Positions 7,380-16,462 of a stretch of DNA of 32,000 nucleotides are shown here, piece by piece. Source of the stretch: an uncultured Candidatus Saccharibacteria bacterium (GTDB lineage: Bacteria > Patescibacteriota > UBA1384 > XYA2-FULL-43-10 > 1-14-0-10-43-13); NCBI GenBank assembly GCA_964543385.1, contig CAZIYE010000001.1:639274-671273 (forward strand), in the 5' to 3' direction. Position numbers and translations under genes: made by a program. The notes beneath the pieces are model-generated. The model was given only the letters and a program-made list of their open reading frames with translations, ran no database searches and was not told where the DNA came from. Numbering within the stretch: position 1 is the stretch's first letter; every line of letters starts with the position of its first letter.

Positions 7380-8609
7380 ATGAAAAAAGATCAGACTTTT
7401 ATGATTATTAAAGAAAGAGTAAATCAGGTCGGAAATATTTTAAATCTTAGTGATAAAGAGATCAATCTGCTTCTATCTCCCAAGAGGATTGCAAAGGGTA
7501 ATCTAGTCGTTGAGGGTGAGAAAATCCCTGCTTGGCGGATTCTATATAATAATGCGCTTGGTCCTGGCAAAGGCGGAATTCGTTTCCATCCTGAGGCCAG
7601 TAAAGACGAAGTCGAATCGCTAGCCTTTTGGATGACTCTGAAGAATTCGCTTGTAGGATTACCATACGGTGGTGCTAAAGGTGGTGTAAGATTCAATCCA
7701 AAGGGTAAAAGTAAGGAATACTTAGAGAAGGTTAGCAGAGCTTATATCGATAAATTTTATCCTTTCTTGGGAGAAAATATTGATATTCCGGCCCCTGATG
7801 TTTATACAAATCCCCAGGTAATGGCTTGGATGCTCGATGAATATGAGAAAAAAGTTGGTCATCATGCGCCTGCCATGATTACGGGAAAGCCAATAGAACT
7901 TGGCGGACTTCAACTCCGAGCGGACTCTACGGCAAAAGGTGGCAAGATAATTTTAGAAGAAGTAATTCATCACGACGGGATTGGGAAGAATCCAACAATT
8001 GCTATACAGGGATTTGGAAATGCCGGTTATAATATTGCAAGGATGCTTGATAGTGATGAATTTAAAATCATTGCTGTAAGTGACAGCAAAGGTGGTATTT
8101 ATGATAAAAATGGTTTAGACATCAAACGGGTTTCTGAAATTAAAATAAAAACAGGTACAGTTACTAGCTATAAGGCGAAAAATATCTCAAACAATGATCT
8201 CTTGGAACTTCCTGTTGATATTCTAATATTAGCTGCTTTGGAAAATCAGATTACCAAGGAAAATGCTGGGAGAGTAAAAGCTAAATATATAATAGAGTTA
8301 GCAAACGGGCCAGTTGATTTCGAAGGAGATAAAATTCTGGACGAGAGAGGAATTATCGTTGTTCCGGACATATTGGCAAATGCCGGTGGCGTGATCGTTT
8401 CATATTTTGAGTGGGCTCAGAACAAAACTGGCAATATCATGGACCATGACTATCTTAGTCAAAAACTATTTTTAACCCTCGAGAGTGCCTGGCATCAAGT
8501 TTATGAGCTTTATAAAGATAATGAAGGCATAGATCTAAGGACCGCGGCATACATTATCGCTATAAAAAGAGTCCTAGAGGCCGAAAGATCAAGAGGCAAT
8601 TTAAAATAG
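7380..8609 (+). CDS. gdhA: Glu/Leu/Phe/Val dehydrogenase family protein (glutamate dehydrogenase)
   Basis: ALGPGKGGIRFHPE, PYGGAKGGVRFNPK, APDVYTNPQVMAWMLDEY, TGKPIELGG, GFGNAGYNIARM; SD AAGGAGG before ATG; 8 nt after arsR stop. Confidence 0.9.
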   Translation: MKKDQTFMIIKERVNQVGNILNLSDKEINLLLSPKRIAKGNLVVEGEKIPAWRILYNNALGPGKGGIRFHPEASKDEVESLAFWMTLKNSLVGLPYGGAKGGVRFNPKGKSKEYLEKVSRAYIDKFYPFLGENIDIPAPDVYTNPQVMAWMLDEYEKKVGHHAPAMITGKPIELGGLQLRADSTAKGGKIILEEVIHHDGIGKNPTIAIQGFGNAGYNIARMLDSDEFKIIAVSDSKGGIYDKNGLDIKRVSEIKIKTGTVTSYKAKNISNNDLLELPVDILILAALENQITKENAGRVKAKYIIELANGPVDFEGDKILDERGIIVVPDILANAGGVIVSYFEWAQNKTGNIMDHDYLSQKLFLTLESAWHQVYELYKDNEGIDLRTAAYIIAIKRVLEAERSRGNLK

Positions 8610-8681
8610 CTGGTAATTGCTAAAAGAGACAGCGAACTATATAATTGTTGTATAAACATTAGCTTATTGACTTGGAGGGAA

Positions 8682-9557
8682 ATGAAGCCTATTTGGGTTG
8701 TTCTAATCACAGTTCTCGCGACTGCTGTTTTGGTCGGTGGTGGCACTTATTATTTTCTTAATCAAAAATTGGAAAAAGATAAGACTTCTTTACAAAAACA
8801 GATAGATGATTTAAAAGAGGTGACTGTAACTGCAGATACAGCAGATGCTGCTATTGTTGATACTACTTCCGCTCCAGTTGTCGATGTGACAGCTGATTGG
8901 AAAAACTTTACAGATAATACTCATTCGTTGAGTTTTAAATATCCAGCCACATGGGGGATGAAGTCCAGCCAAGATGCTAAGAAAAATGAAGAAGAAATGG
9001 TCTATGTCGATCAAAGCATAACAGTACTCAGTAATGGAAAAACTGAAGAAAATAGCAATATCGGTTTGACTTATACATATATTACCAATATATCTGACTA
9101 TGATAAGAACATCGTAGCGCATAACAAAGACATCGATGAGCTGCTAAGTGTATATAACAATAAAGAAGTTGGTGCTAATACTGCAAAAGAGAATATTTGG
9201 TTGCCATCTTCAAATGCGGCTATCATCGCAACTTCTAGTCCAGAGTATATAGAATCAAAGGACGGTACTTTTCGTGGGATTGTCTATTTCGCCAATATCG
9301 GCCAAGGTTTTAGTACGGGTTTGGATTGTGTAATAGTGATGACAAATGGCAAAAAAATATTCCAATTGCATTCTAGCGGAGGATCTGTAAAATCAGATTA
9401 TTATAAGGGGATATTCTCTGGCGATGCAGTAGTCTCTGAGAAGTTAATCCAAGAGTTTTTCACATATATTAAGACACTTACATCAAAGAATGTAGAGGAA
9501 ACAGTAATAAAAGATTACAACGATATCTATAAAAATATTGCTCTAAGCTTAAAATAA
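8682..9557 (+). CDS. Membrane-anchored exoprotein with PsbP-like domain (paralogue of 9582-10217)
   Basis: MKPIWVVLITVLATAVLVGGGTYYFL TM anchor; 'DWKNFTDNTHSLSFKYPATWG'. Track start 8667 is a TTG; ATG 8682 aligns with the paralogue start and follows GGAGG. Confidence 0.75.
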   Translation: MKPIWVVLITVLATAVLVGGGTYYFLNQKLEKDKTSLQKQIDDLKEVTVTADTADAAIVDTTSAPVVDVTADWKNFTDNTHSLSFKYPATWGMKSSQDAKKNEEEMVYVDQSITVLSNGKTEENSNIGLTYTYITNISDYDKNIVAHNKDIDELLSVYNNKEVGANTAKENIWLPSSNAAIIATSSPEYIESKDGTFRGIVYFANIGQGFSTGLDCVIVMTNGKKIFQLHSSGGSVKSDYYKGIFSGDAVVSEKLIQEFFTYIKTLTSKNVEETVIKDYNDIYKNIALSLK

Positions 9558-9581
9558 CAAAAGATAAAAAAAGGAAGTTAG

Positions 9582-10217
9582 ATGAAAACCTGGCTATTGG
9601 TGCTAATTACAGTCATAGTGACTGGTGGTGCCGTCGGAGGGGGAATTTACTATTATCTAGATCAGAATTCTGACAAAGATATCGCGGCTTTGCAAACACA
9701 GCTCGATGCGCTTAAAAAACCGGCTGCTACTACTGTTGTAGATTCAACTGCTGATTGGAAGACATATACGAGCACAAAATATGGTTTTTCTGCAAAATAT
9801 CCCAAGGACTGGACTGTTGTTGACTCTGCAGACAATAATGTTTCTTTCAGGAGTGCCGACACAGCCGCAAAGTTCAAAGAAATCGCCGACAGTAATATAG
9901 CCGTTGGTGGTCCAACGAGCGATATGGTAGTCGCCTATTATCCTACTATCAAAGATGCCGATGTAAATGCAGTCAAATCCGCCAAGACTATCGCAGATCT
10001 CGCAAACGATAAGGGTGCAGCTAGATCAGGCGCCACAAAAATTACGTTTGCTGGCGGCGAAGCTTACGAAGATATTATGGCAGGAATGACCTCAGTTTAT
10101 GAGATATTGGCAGGGAACAATAATCATGTTTATAGTTTGACTTTTAACGTCGAAACAAAAGCCGAATTGACAGCAACACAGAAATTGATTATTTCTAACT
10201 TCACTTTCACTAAATAG
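9582..10217 (+). CDS. Membrane-anchored exoprotein with PsbP-like domain
   Basis: MKTWLLVLITVIVTGGAVGGGIYYYLDQ; 'DWKTYTSTKYGFSAKYPKDWTVVD'; SD aaggaag. Confidence 0.8.
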   Translation: MKTWLLVLITVIVTGGAVGGGIYYYLDQNSDKDIAALQTQLDALKKPAATTVVDSTADWKTYTSTKYGFSAKYPKDWTVVDSADNNVSFRSADTAAKFKEIADSNIAVGGPTSDMVVAYYPTIKDADVNAVKSAKTIADLANDKGAARSGATKITFAGGEAYEDIMAGMTSVYEILAGNNNHVYSLTFNVETKAELTATQKLIISNFTFTK

Positions 10218-10233
10218 CTGATCCAAAATATAT

Positions 10234-10265
10234 AAAAAGCGCCCGAGCTTTGAAGGGCGCTTTTT
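10234..10265 (+). terminator. Intrinsic terminator AAAAAGCGCCC...GGGCGCTTTTT
   Basis: GC stem with T tract. Confidence 0.85.
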
Positions 10266-10385
10266 ATAATCAGTTGAATTACTGTTTACTTTCAACTTGG
10301 CAAATCACATGGAATGCCCATACTATTATGATACCTGTTATAATGTAGTTGATTAATGTTGCCATAATCAAAATATAATTCTTAG

Positions 10386-10805
10386 TTATTTTTCTTTCTC
10401 GGTTTCTTCATCTTCTTCTGTTGATTTTTCAATCTCTTCTTCCTCGATTGCACTGCGGCATATATCGGCGCAGTTACGGCAAACAAGAGCACAGTTTTTC
10501 ATGTGTTCATCATTAAATAATGTTTTACAGGATTCGGCGCAGTCATCACATATAAAAGCACAAATACTGAGGAGATCACCGGCATACTCTGAACCACGAA
10601 TTACAAAGTTTTCTGCTACGATACATATCTCTGCGCAATCCAAGAGCCAAAGAACATGCTCTTTTTTGGCAAAGTCTCCACCTTCGTCCAAGGAGTGCAT
10701 TACTCCCTCTAAACAACTTTCATGGCATTGCGCTAGATTTGCCAGCAAACTCCTATCTTCAGCATCAATTTCCATGTCATTTGCATCCATTTTTTCTTTT
10801 TCCAT
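10386..10805 (-). CDS. Cys-rich four-helix-bundle protein, DUF326/copper-storage (Csp)-like, with acidic C-terminal tail
   Basis: CHESC, CAEIC, CAFICDDCAESC, CALVCRNCADIC repeated CxxxC/CxxxCxxCxxxC spacing. Confidence 0.85.
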   Translation of the reverse strand: MEKEKMDANDMEIDAEDRSLLANLAQCHESCLEGVMHSLDEGGDFAKKEHVLWLLDCAEICIVAENFVIRGSEYAGDLLSICAFICDDCAESCKTLFNDEHMKNCALVCRNCADICRSAIEEEEIEKSTEEDEETEKEK

Positions 10806-10946
10806 ATTTCTCCTTGTGATAATTATCTCGATTGACTCTTAATTTACCGAAGAATATCGATAGCAAATATATAAGAAAATCTAGAAATTAGGCATTTATG
10901 GAGCAAAAAGTCATAGGAAAGTTAGAAGTAAAAGTATTCGCAAACA

Positions 10947-11363
10947 GTGACCATAATAAATATGCAAAGTATATTTGAGACACTTCAAGATTCTTTAGAT
11001 TTCAATCAGCTCCTAAAAGCCATCAATGAAACAAATTACTGGGAGATTTTTAATGGTAAGGGGCCCTTTACTCTTTTTGCACCAAATGATGAAGCTTTTG
11101 AAAATCTACCAGATAATCATTTCACTAAACTTTTTTGGAATAAGAGCAACCTAGCAGATATTATCAGTCAGCATGTAGTGATCGGGAGGTTGAAGGTTAC
11201 TGATCTCCTCAAAATGGATGAGGTTTCAAATTTAAACAATAGAACTCTGGCTACCGAGAGATATAACGAAGGTTTTATCGTTGGCGGGGCCAAAATAATT
11301 AGAGGAGATATAGAATGCCTAAATGGCATCATTCATGAAATTGATTTAGTGCTAATGCCCTAA
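10947..11363 (+). CDS. Fasciclin (FAS1) domain protein, no obvious signal peptide
   Basis: FNGKGPFTLFAPNDEAFENLP (H1), LADIISQHVVIGRL, GGAKIIRGDIECLNGIIHEIDLVLMP (H2). Confidence 0.92.
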   Translation: MTIINMQSIFETLQDSLDFNQLLKAINETNYWEIFNGKGPFTLFAPNDEAFENLPDNHFTKLFWNKSNLADIISQHVVIGRLKVTDLLKMDEVSNLNNRTLATERYNEGFIVGGAKIIRGDIECLNGIIHEIDLVLMP

Positions 11364-11406
11364 CCGTTTGGAGTTGAAGGTTTTCATTGGTATAATCTAA
11401 GACAAG

Positions 11407-11892
11407 ATGGAAATCATTGTCTTTATTTTTTTACTGATAGTATTGCTTATTGGCTTTTTGGGGATAATGTTTCCTGTCCTCCCAGGATTGCCTTTTATGT
11501 TTTGTGCGGTTTTGGTTTATGCAATATTTGATCATTTCAATCATGTTTCTGGCAATGAATTAATTATACTCGGAATATTCGCAGCAATTTCTCTTCTTGT
11601 TGATTATTTAGCAGGTGCCTTAGGGGCAAAAATGTTTGGTGCTTCAGCTAAAGGTACAGTAGGTGGTATAGTCGGGTCTATTATCGGCTTGTTGCTCTTC
11701 CCGCCGTTAGGAATATTCATCGGTCTTGCTTTGGGCGTCCTTATTACGGAACTAGTATTCGCTAAGAAAACTATTAAAGAGTCGACAAAAATCACTACAG
11801 GAGCGCTATTGGGAGCACTAGCTGGAATAGTGATTAATCTTATTGTAGGCTTAGCTTTTCTAATTACATTCATAATCTCTTATTGGAACTAA
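11407..11892 (+). CDS. DUF456-type glycine-rich integral membrane protein
   Basis: GIMFPVLPGLPFMFCAVLVYAI...DYLAGALGAKMFGASAKGTVGGIVGSIIGLLLFPPLGIFIG...ELV. Confidence 0.85.
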   Translation: MEIIVFIFLLIVLLIGFLGIMFPVLPGLPFMFCAVLVYAIFDHFNHVSGNELIILGIFAAISLLVDYLAGALGAKMFGASAKGTVGGIVGSIIGLLLFPPLGIFIGLALGVLITELVFAKKTIKESTKITTGALLGALAGIVINLIVGLAFLITFIISYWN

Positions 11893-13782
11893 ATGAATTT
11901 CAAGAAAGAAAAAGTTATTTTCGCAATTTCGGGTGTTGCCGGTGCTGGCAAAGATACTTTACTCGATTTTTTGCGAGAAAAGGGTTGTGCTATTTCCGTT
12001 TCTTATACCGATAGGCAAGCGAGAGAAGGAGAAATCGACGGCAAATCTTACAACTTTATTTCTGAAGAAGAATTTACAAAAGCAGTCGAAAACGGTGAAT
12101 TCATAGAGTGGGAGAGAACAAGAGGGGAAATCCGTTACGGCAAGATGAAAAGTGAATTTGAATCTGCCTTAAATTCCGGTAAGACTTCGGTAATGCAAAT
12201 AGATGTTCTGGGAGCCCAAAAATTCAAAAAGATGGGCTATGAGATAGTAACCATTTTTGTTATTCCTCCAAGTCTGGAAGAGGCGATGAATCGTTTAAAA
12301 GTTCGAAACACTGATACAGAAGATCAGCTAAAAATCAGAGTTGAACGTTATGAGCTCGAAATGTCTTACAAAGATAAATATGATCATGTTGTTGTAAATG
12401 ATGATTTGGAAAAAGCAAAACAAGAGATTTTGGATATAGTAGAAAAAGAGTCAAAGAAATTTGAAAAGAAAAAGAGACTGACCGAGATTGTTAGAAACTC
12501 TTATGTAATTCTCTCTTTATTTGCAGTGATTGGATTTGGTTTTTTTCAGTCTTATCAATATGAGAAGACTTCTATTACAAAAAGACTGACGACGCTGCAG
12601 GTCGAACCCCCTAAAGAAGAAGTAAATAACGTAGTGGAAACCCCTCCGGAGGAAATAAAAAAAGAAACTCCAGTAGTGATAACTCCGGTAGTAAAGCCGC
12701 CGTCAAAAGAAGTCAAAAAGAAAATTGCAGCTAGTCCCCCCAAATATACGCCACCGCCACAAAATGTTGTAGGTGAGACTAAAACAAATAGTGATGGATC
12801 TACAACGACGGCTGTATCGACAGGCGGTGAAGTCAATGACTCTGATCTCCAAAAAATTGCCCAGTCAGAAGTCCAAGCTAGTACGCCTCTAGATATTCCT
12901 TATAACGACGAGACCACTAGATTTGCCGATCTAAAACCTATTCTATTGAACTACATGAATTCTGTTTTGAAGTGGAAGGACGAGGTCAAGGAGCTAAAGG
13001 AAATAGCCATAAGAGATGCAGGAGCTAGTGGCTGGCTTGGCGTTTACCAAGGTAATTACATCCAGGAGGCTGATGATGGCAAGATTAGTGGTTCCGGAAT
13101 GATAGTCATAAATACTTACTATATAGAAAGAGATTATTGTGCCGGAGACCGTGATTTTGATGGATGCGAGGGGGAATATGCAAAATATATTCTAGCTCAT
13201 GAATATGGTCATCACTACACGATATACCACAAACTTGTAGATTGGGGATTACTGCCAAATGAACGTTTTCCTGACAGTTATTATAATACTAGACCTTTGA
13301 GCAAAACTTCGACTGCGACAGACTACTCTTTGGGTTGGCAAAATTGCGAAGCAGAAATTATAGCCGAGGATTATTCATATTTTTATTCAGGTTATGGTCT
13401 GCATCGCATGTCTGGTACATATGGCAATCCATCTCTACTTACAAAAAATTGGCTTGACAATATCGGTAGTCCTGCGCCAACATTTACTATCATCTCTCCT
13501 GAAGGCGGTGCTAATCTGGCTGGCAATATAACGTTAAAAATTGAGGCGGCTAGCAACTCCGCTATACAAAACGTCTTATTTTATATTGGTGATAATCTGA
13601 TAAGTCTTCCTGATAATAAGTCCCTTGAAATAATAATTGACACAACCGCTTATGCTAATGGTGGGTACGTCCTTAAAGCTGTTGTCGATAACGGAATCTT
13701 ATCCACAACAAAAGAAATAAATGTGACTATCTATAATGTTCCTCCTGCTGAAACTCCGCCGCCTACTACAGAGATACCTTGA
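11893..13782 (+). CDS. Fusion protein: guanylate-kinase-like N-terminus - TM - Pro-rich linker - HExxH zinc metallopeptidase-like domain - Ig-like (Big) domain
   Basis: Single 629-aa ORF: GVAGAGKDTLLDFL (P-loop), SVSYTDRQAREGEIDGKSYNFISEEEF, ERYELEM; TM VILSLFAVIGFGFF; PPPQ-type linker; ILAHEYGHHYTIYH; CEAEIIAEDYSYFYSGYG; TFTIISPEGGANLAGNITLKIEAAS. TAAATG junction with upstream DUF456 gene. Confidence 0.85.
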   Translation: MNFKKEKVIFAISGVAGAGKDTLLDFLREKGCAISVSYTDRQAREGEIDGKSYNFISEEEFTKAVENGEFIEWERTRGEIRYGKMKSEFESALNSGKTSVMQIDVLGAQKFKKMGYEIVTIFVIPPSLEEAMNRLKVRNTDTEDQLKIRVERYELEMSYKDKYDHVVVNDDLEKAKQEILDIVEKESKKFEKKKRLTEIVRNSYVILSLFAVIGFGFFQSYQYEKTSITKRLTTLQVEPPKEEVNNVVETPPEEIKKETPVVITPVVKPPSKEVKKKIAASPPKYTPPPQNVVGETKTNSDGSTTTAVSTGGEVNDSDLQKIAQSEVQASTPLDIPYNDETTRFADLKPILLNYMNSVLKWKDEVKELKEIAIRDAGASGWLGVYQGNYIQEADDGKISGSGMIVINTYYIERDYCAGDRDFDGCEGEYAKYILAHEYGHHYTIYHKLVDWGLLPNERFPDSYYNTRPLSKTSTATDYSLGWQNCEAEIIAEDYSYFYSGYGLHRMSGTYGNPSLLTKNWLDNIGSPAPTFTIISPEGGANLAGNITLKIEAASNSAIQNVLFYIGDNLISLPDNKSLEIIIDTTAYANGGYVLKAVVDNGILSTTKEINVTIYNVPPAETPPPTTEIP

Positions 13783-13890
13783 TGGGCTGGATAAAAAAAG
13801 TAAGCATATAAGAAATATATGTTTATAAATAATAAAGAAACTATCTCCTAGACTAGCAATATCAAGTTGTTGATAAATAAAGTTCTCTAA

Positions 13891-13939
13891 CCACTACATA
13901 TAGTGTTTTAGTCTACCACTTTGCCACTACATATAGTGG
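13891..13939. promoter_or_regulatory. Pair of NrdR-box-like sites: CCACTACATATAGTGT (13891-13906) and CCACTACATATAGTGG (13924-13939), 33 bp apart
   Basis: Match in form to the ACACTATATATAGTGT-type NrdR box, paired about three helical turns apart, upstream of nrdD. Confidence 0.85.
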
Positions 13940-14125
13940 TTAATTCTTTTGAAACTATTGACCGAACAAATGGCGAATAGTAACATATTAATTACCGAAA
14001 AAATGTTGTTAAGCTGTTCAATCAGCGGTGAGAAAGCGTTAAGAATTGGCCGTTCTAACCAAATTTTCTCTCCCTGATGAATGACCGGTAACAACTGGTA
14101 ATTATTAAAAATCTGGAGGGCCTAA

Positions 14126-16378
14126 ATGTTCACAAAAATTAGAAAAAGAAATGGTAAAATAGTTGAATTCAGCGTCGACAAAATTGCAAAAGCTATTGCA
14201 AAAGCTGGTGCATCAACTGGCGAATTCGATGAAGATGTAGCTAAAAAATTGGCAGAGAAAGTTGCTAATGAGGCACCCGCAAAAGTTCATCGAAAAATCC
14301 CAACTGTTGAAGAAATGCAGGACGTTGTCGAGGATGTATTACTCTCTTCTAAATATAAAAAGACCGCCAAGGGATATATCGTTTATAGAGAAAAACATGC
14401 GGAAATGCGCGAACTAGCTGAATCTCAACGTGTAGATCTGATGGACCAATATCTAGGCAATCTCGACTGGCAGGTCAAAGAAAATTCAAACATGGCCTAC
14501 TCATTACAGGGTTTGAACAACTATGTCGCCTCTGAAATCTCCAAGAGTTATTGGCTTCATAAAGTATATCCTGAAGAGGTTGCACGAGCCAATTCCGAAG
14601 GTGATATGCATATTCATGATCTTGATAAATTGTCCACCTATTGTGTTGGTTGGGATCTCCAGGATCTTCTAAGAGAAGGTTTCAAGGGTGCAGAAGGTAA
14701 GATCGAATCTAGCCCAGCAAAACATTTAAAAACTGCACTAGGTCAATTGGTCAACTTCTTTTATACCCTTCAGGGCGAATCAGCCGGTGCTCAAGCTGTT
14801 TCTAGCTTTGATACTCTTATGGCTCCATTTATCCGTTATGACAATCTCAGCAAAGAAGAAGTCAAGCAAGCCCTCCAAGAGTTCATGTTCAATATGAATG
14901 TCCCTACCAGAGTTGGTTTTCAGACTCCATTTACAAACGTAACAATGGATTTGGTCTGCCCTTCGACTATTGCAGATGAGCCTGTTATCATCGGCGGTAA
15001 ACCTCAGAAGGAAACTTACAAAGAGTTTCAAAAAGAGATGAATATCTTCAATCAAGCATTTACTGAAGTTATCTCTGCTGGTGATGCTCGAGGTCGCGTC
15101 TTTACTTTCCCAATCCCAACTTACAATATTACCAAGGATTTTGATTGGAACAATAAAGAAATTGATGGTCTCTGGGAAATGACCGCCAAATATGGTATCC
15201 CTTATTTCTCAAACTTTGTGAATTCCGATATGAGCCCAGATGATGCTAGAAGTATGTGTTGCAGACTTCGTCTCGACAATAGAGAGCTTCGAAAACGTGG
15301 CGGTGGTTTATTTGGCGCAAATCCGCTCACTGGTTCAGTCGGCGTAGTTACTATTAACTTACCTCGTCTTGGCTATCGTTCACGAGACAAAAGAGAGTTC
15401 CTTTTTAATCTTTCCTACGTCATGGATCTTGCCAAAGATTCCTTGGAGATGAAGAGAAAAGTTCTAGAGAATATGACTGAGTCAGGACTGTATCCTTATA
15501 CTAAATTCTATCTTAGAAATATTAAGGCACGTGACGGCAGATATTGGGGTAATCACTTCTCGACTATTGGGCTTCTTGGTATGAATGAAGCGGCGCTTAA
15601 CTTGATCGGTCGTGATATTGCTACTGCTGATGGTCTACAATTCGCCAAAGAGGTTCTCGAGTTCATGAGAGAGCGCATGGCAAAGTATCAGGAAGAGACA
15701 GGCAACTACTATAATCTTGAAGCAACCCCTGCCGAAGGCACCTCATTCCGTTTGGCTCTAAAAGATAAAGAGCGATATCCGGAAATCATGGTTGCTAATG
15801 AAAGCTCTTATCGAGAAAACAACGTCCCACCTTATTATACTAACTCCTCTCATATCCCTGTTGATTACACCGATGACGCCTTCGAACTTTTGGATCTTCA
15901 GGACGATCTTCAGACCAAATACACTGGCGGCACGGTCATACACACCTTTGTCGGCGAGGAAATAAAAGATGTCGAATCAGTCAAAGCTTTCGTCAAAACA
16001 GTCTGTCAGAACTACCGCTTACCATACTTTACCATCACTCCAACATTTTCGGTCTGCCCACAACATGGCTATATTGCTGGCAAACATATGACTTGCGACA
16101 AATGTGGCTCAAAAAACGAAGTGTATTCCAGAATAGTTGGCTATATTCGCCCAATCCAGCAGTGGAATGCAGGCAAACGCGCTGAGTTTGAAGACAGAAA
16201 TACTTACAATATCAGCAAGAAAAAGTGTGTAAAAACCGAAGATGAATTCGAGACAAAGAAGATGCCTTTTGCAGAAACACTCGAATCGACGGTTGAAAAA
16301 GCTACTGAAAAAATCAGAAATAAAGTATTGGCTACTGCGGAGGTGGGAGTCGAGACTGAACAAGGGGCGCTGGTTTAA
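14126..16378 (+). CDS. nrdD: Anaerobic (class III) ribonucleoside-triphosphate reductase
   Basis: N-terminal ATP-cone (IRKRNGKIVEFSVDKIAKAI), GDMHIHDLDKL, CPQHGYIAGKHMTCDKCGSKNEVYSRIVGYIRP with glycyl radical region and Zn CxxC; SD ggaggg. Confidence 0.95.
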   Translation: MFTKIRKRNGKIVEFSVDKIAKAIAKAGASTGEFDEDVAKKLAEKVANEAPAKVHRKIPTVEEMQDVVEDVLLSSKYKKTAKGYIVYREKHAEMRELAESQRVDLMDQYLGNLDWQVKENSNMAYSLQGLNNYVASEISKSYWLHKVYPEEVARANSEGDMHIHDLDKLSTYCVGWDLQDLLREGFKGAEGKIESSPAKHLKTALGQLVNFFYTLQGESAGAQAVSSFDTLMAPFIRYDNLSKEEVKQALQEFMFNMNVPTRVGFQTPFTNVTMDLVCPSTIADEPVIIGGKPQKETYKEFQKEMNIFNQAFTEVISAGDARGRVFTFPIPTYNITKDFDWNNKEIDGLWEMTAKYGIPYFSNFVNSDMSPDDARSMCCRLRLDNRELRKRGGGLFGANPLTGSVGVVTINLPRLGYRSRDKREFLFNLSYVMDLAKDSLEMKRKVLENMTESGLYPYTKFYLRNIKARDGRYWGNHFSTIGLLGMNEAALNLIGRDIATADGLQFAKEVLEFMRERMAKYQEETGNYYNLEATPAEGTSFRLALKDKERYPEIMVANESSYRENNVPPYYTNSSHIPVDYTDDAFELLDLQDDLQTKYTGGTVIHTFVGEEIKDVESVKAFVKTVCQNYRLPYFTITPTFSVCPQHGYIAGKHMTCDKCGSKNEVYSRIVGYIRPIQQWNAGKRAEFEDRNTYNISKKKCVKTEDEFETKKMPFAETLESTVEKATEKIRNKVLATAEVGVETEQGALV

Positions 16379-16414
16379 TCCCCATTTGATATTTCGAACA
16401 TATTGTTCGAGCGT

Positions 16415-16442
16415 AAGCGAGAACTGTCAGCAGTTCTCGCTT
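16415..16442. other. 12-bp perfect stem-loop AAGCGAGAACTG-TCAG-CAGTTCTCGCTT in the nrdD-nrdG intercistronic gap (adjacent smaller hairpin 16394-16410)
   Basis: Direct inspection; no clean T-tract. Confidence 0.85.
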
Positions 16443-16462
16443 CGTTTAAACAAAAGGACCAA

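Noticed and set aside
12555-12836. Minus-strand 93-aa ORF in the Pro-rich linker of the fusion gene
   Set aside because: Antisense shadow of low-complexity coding sequence; no SD or conserved motif.
11407-13782. Considered a defence or toxin system for the DUF456-fusion pair
   Set aside because: No nuclease, toxin or immunity signature; HExxH plus Gmk domains alone do not support a defence call.
16403-16462. TTG start for nrdG giving MFERKRELSAVLASFKQKDQ
   Set aside because: Region is the tandem hairpin; ATG 16463 has a proper SD and matches the expected NrdG start.
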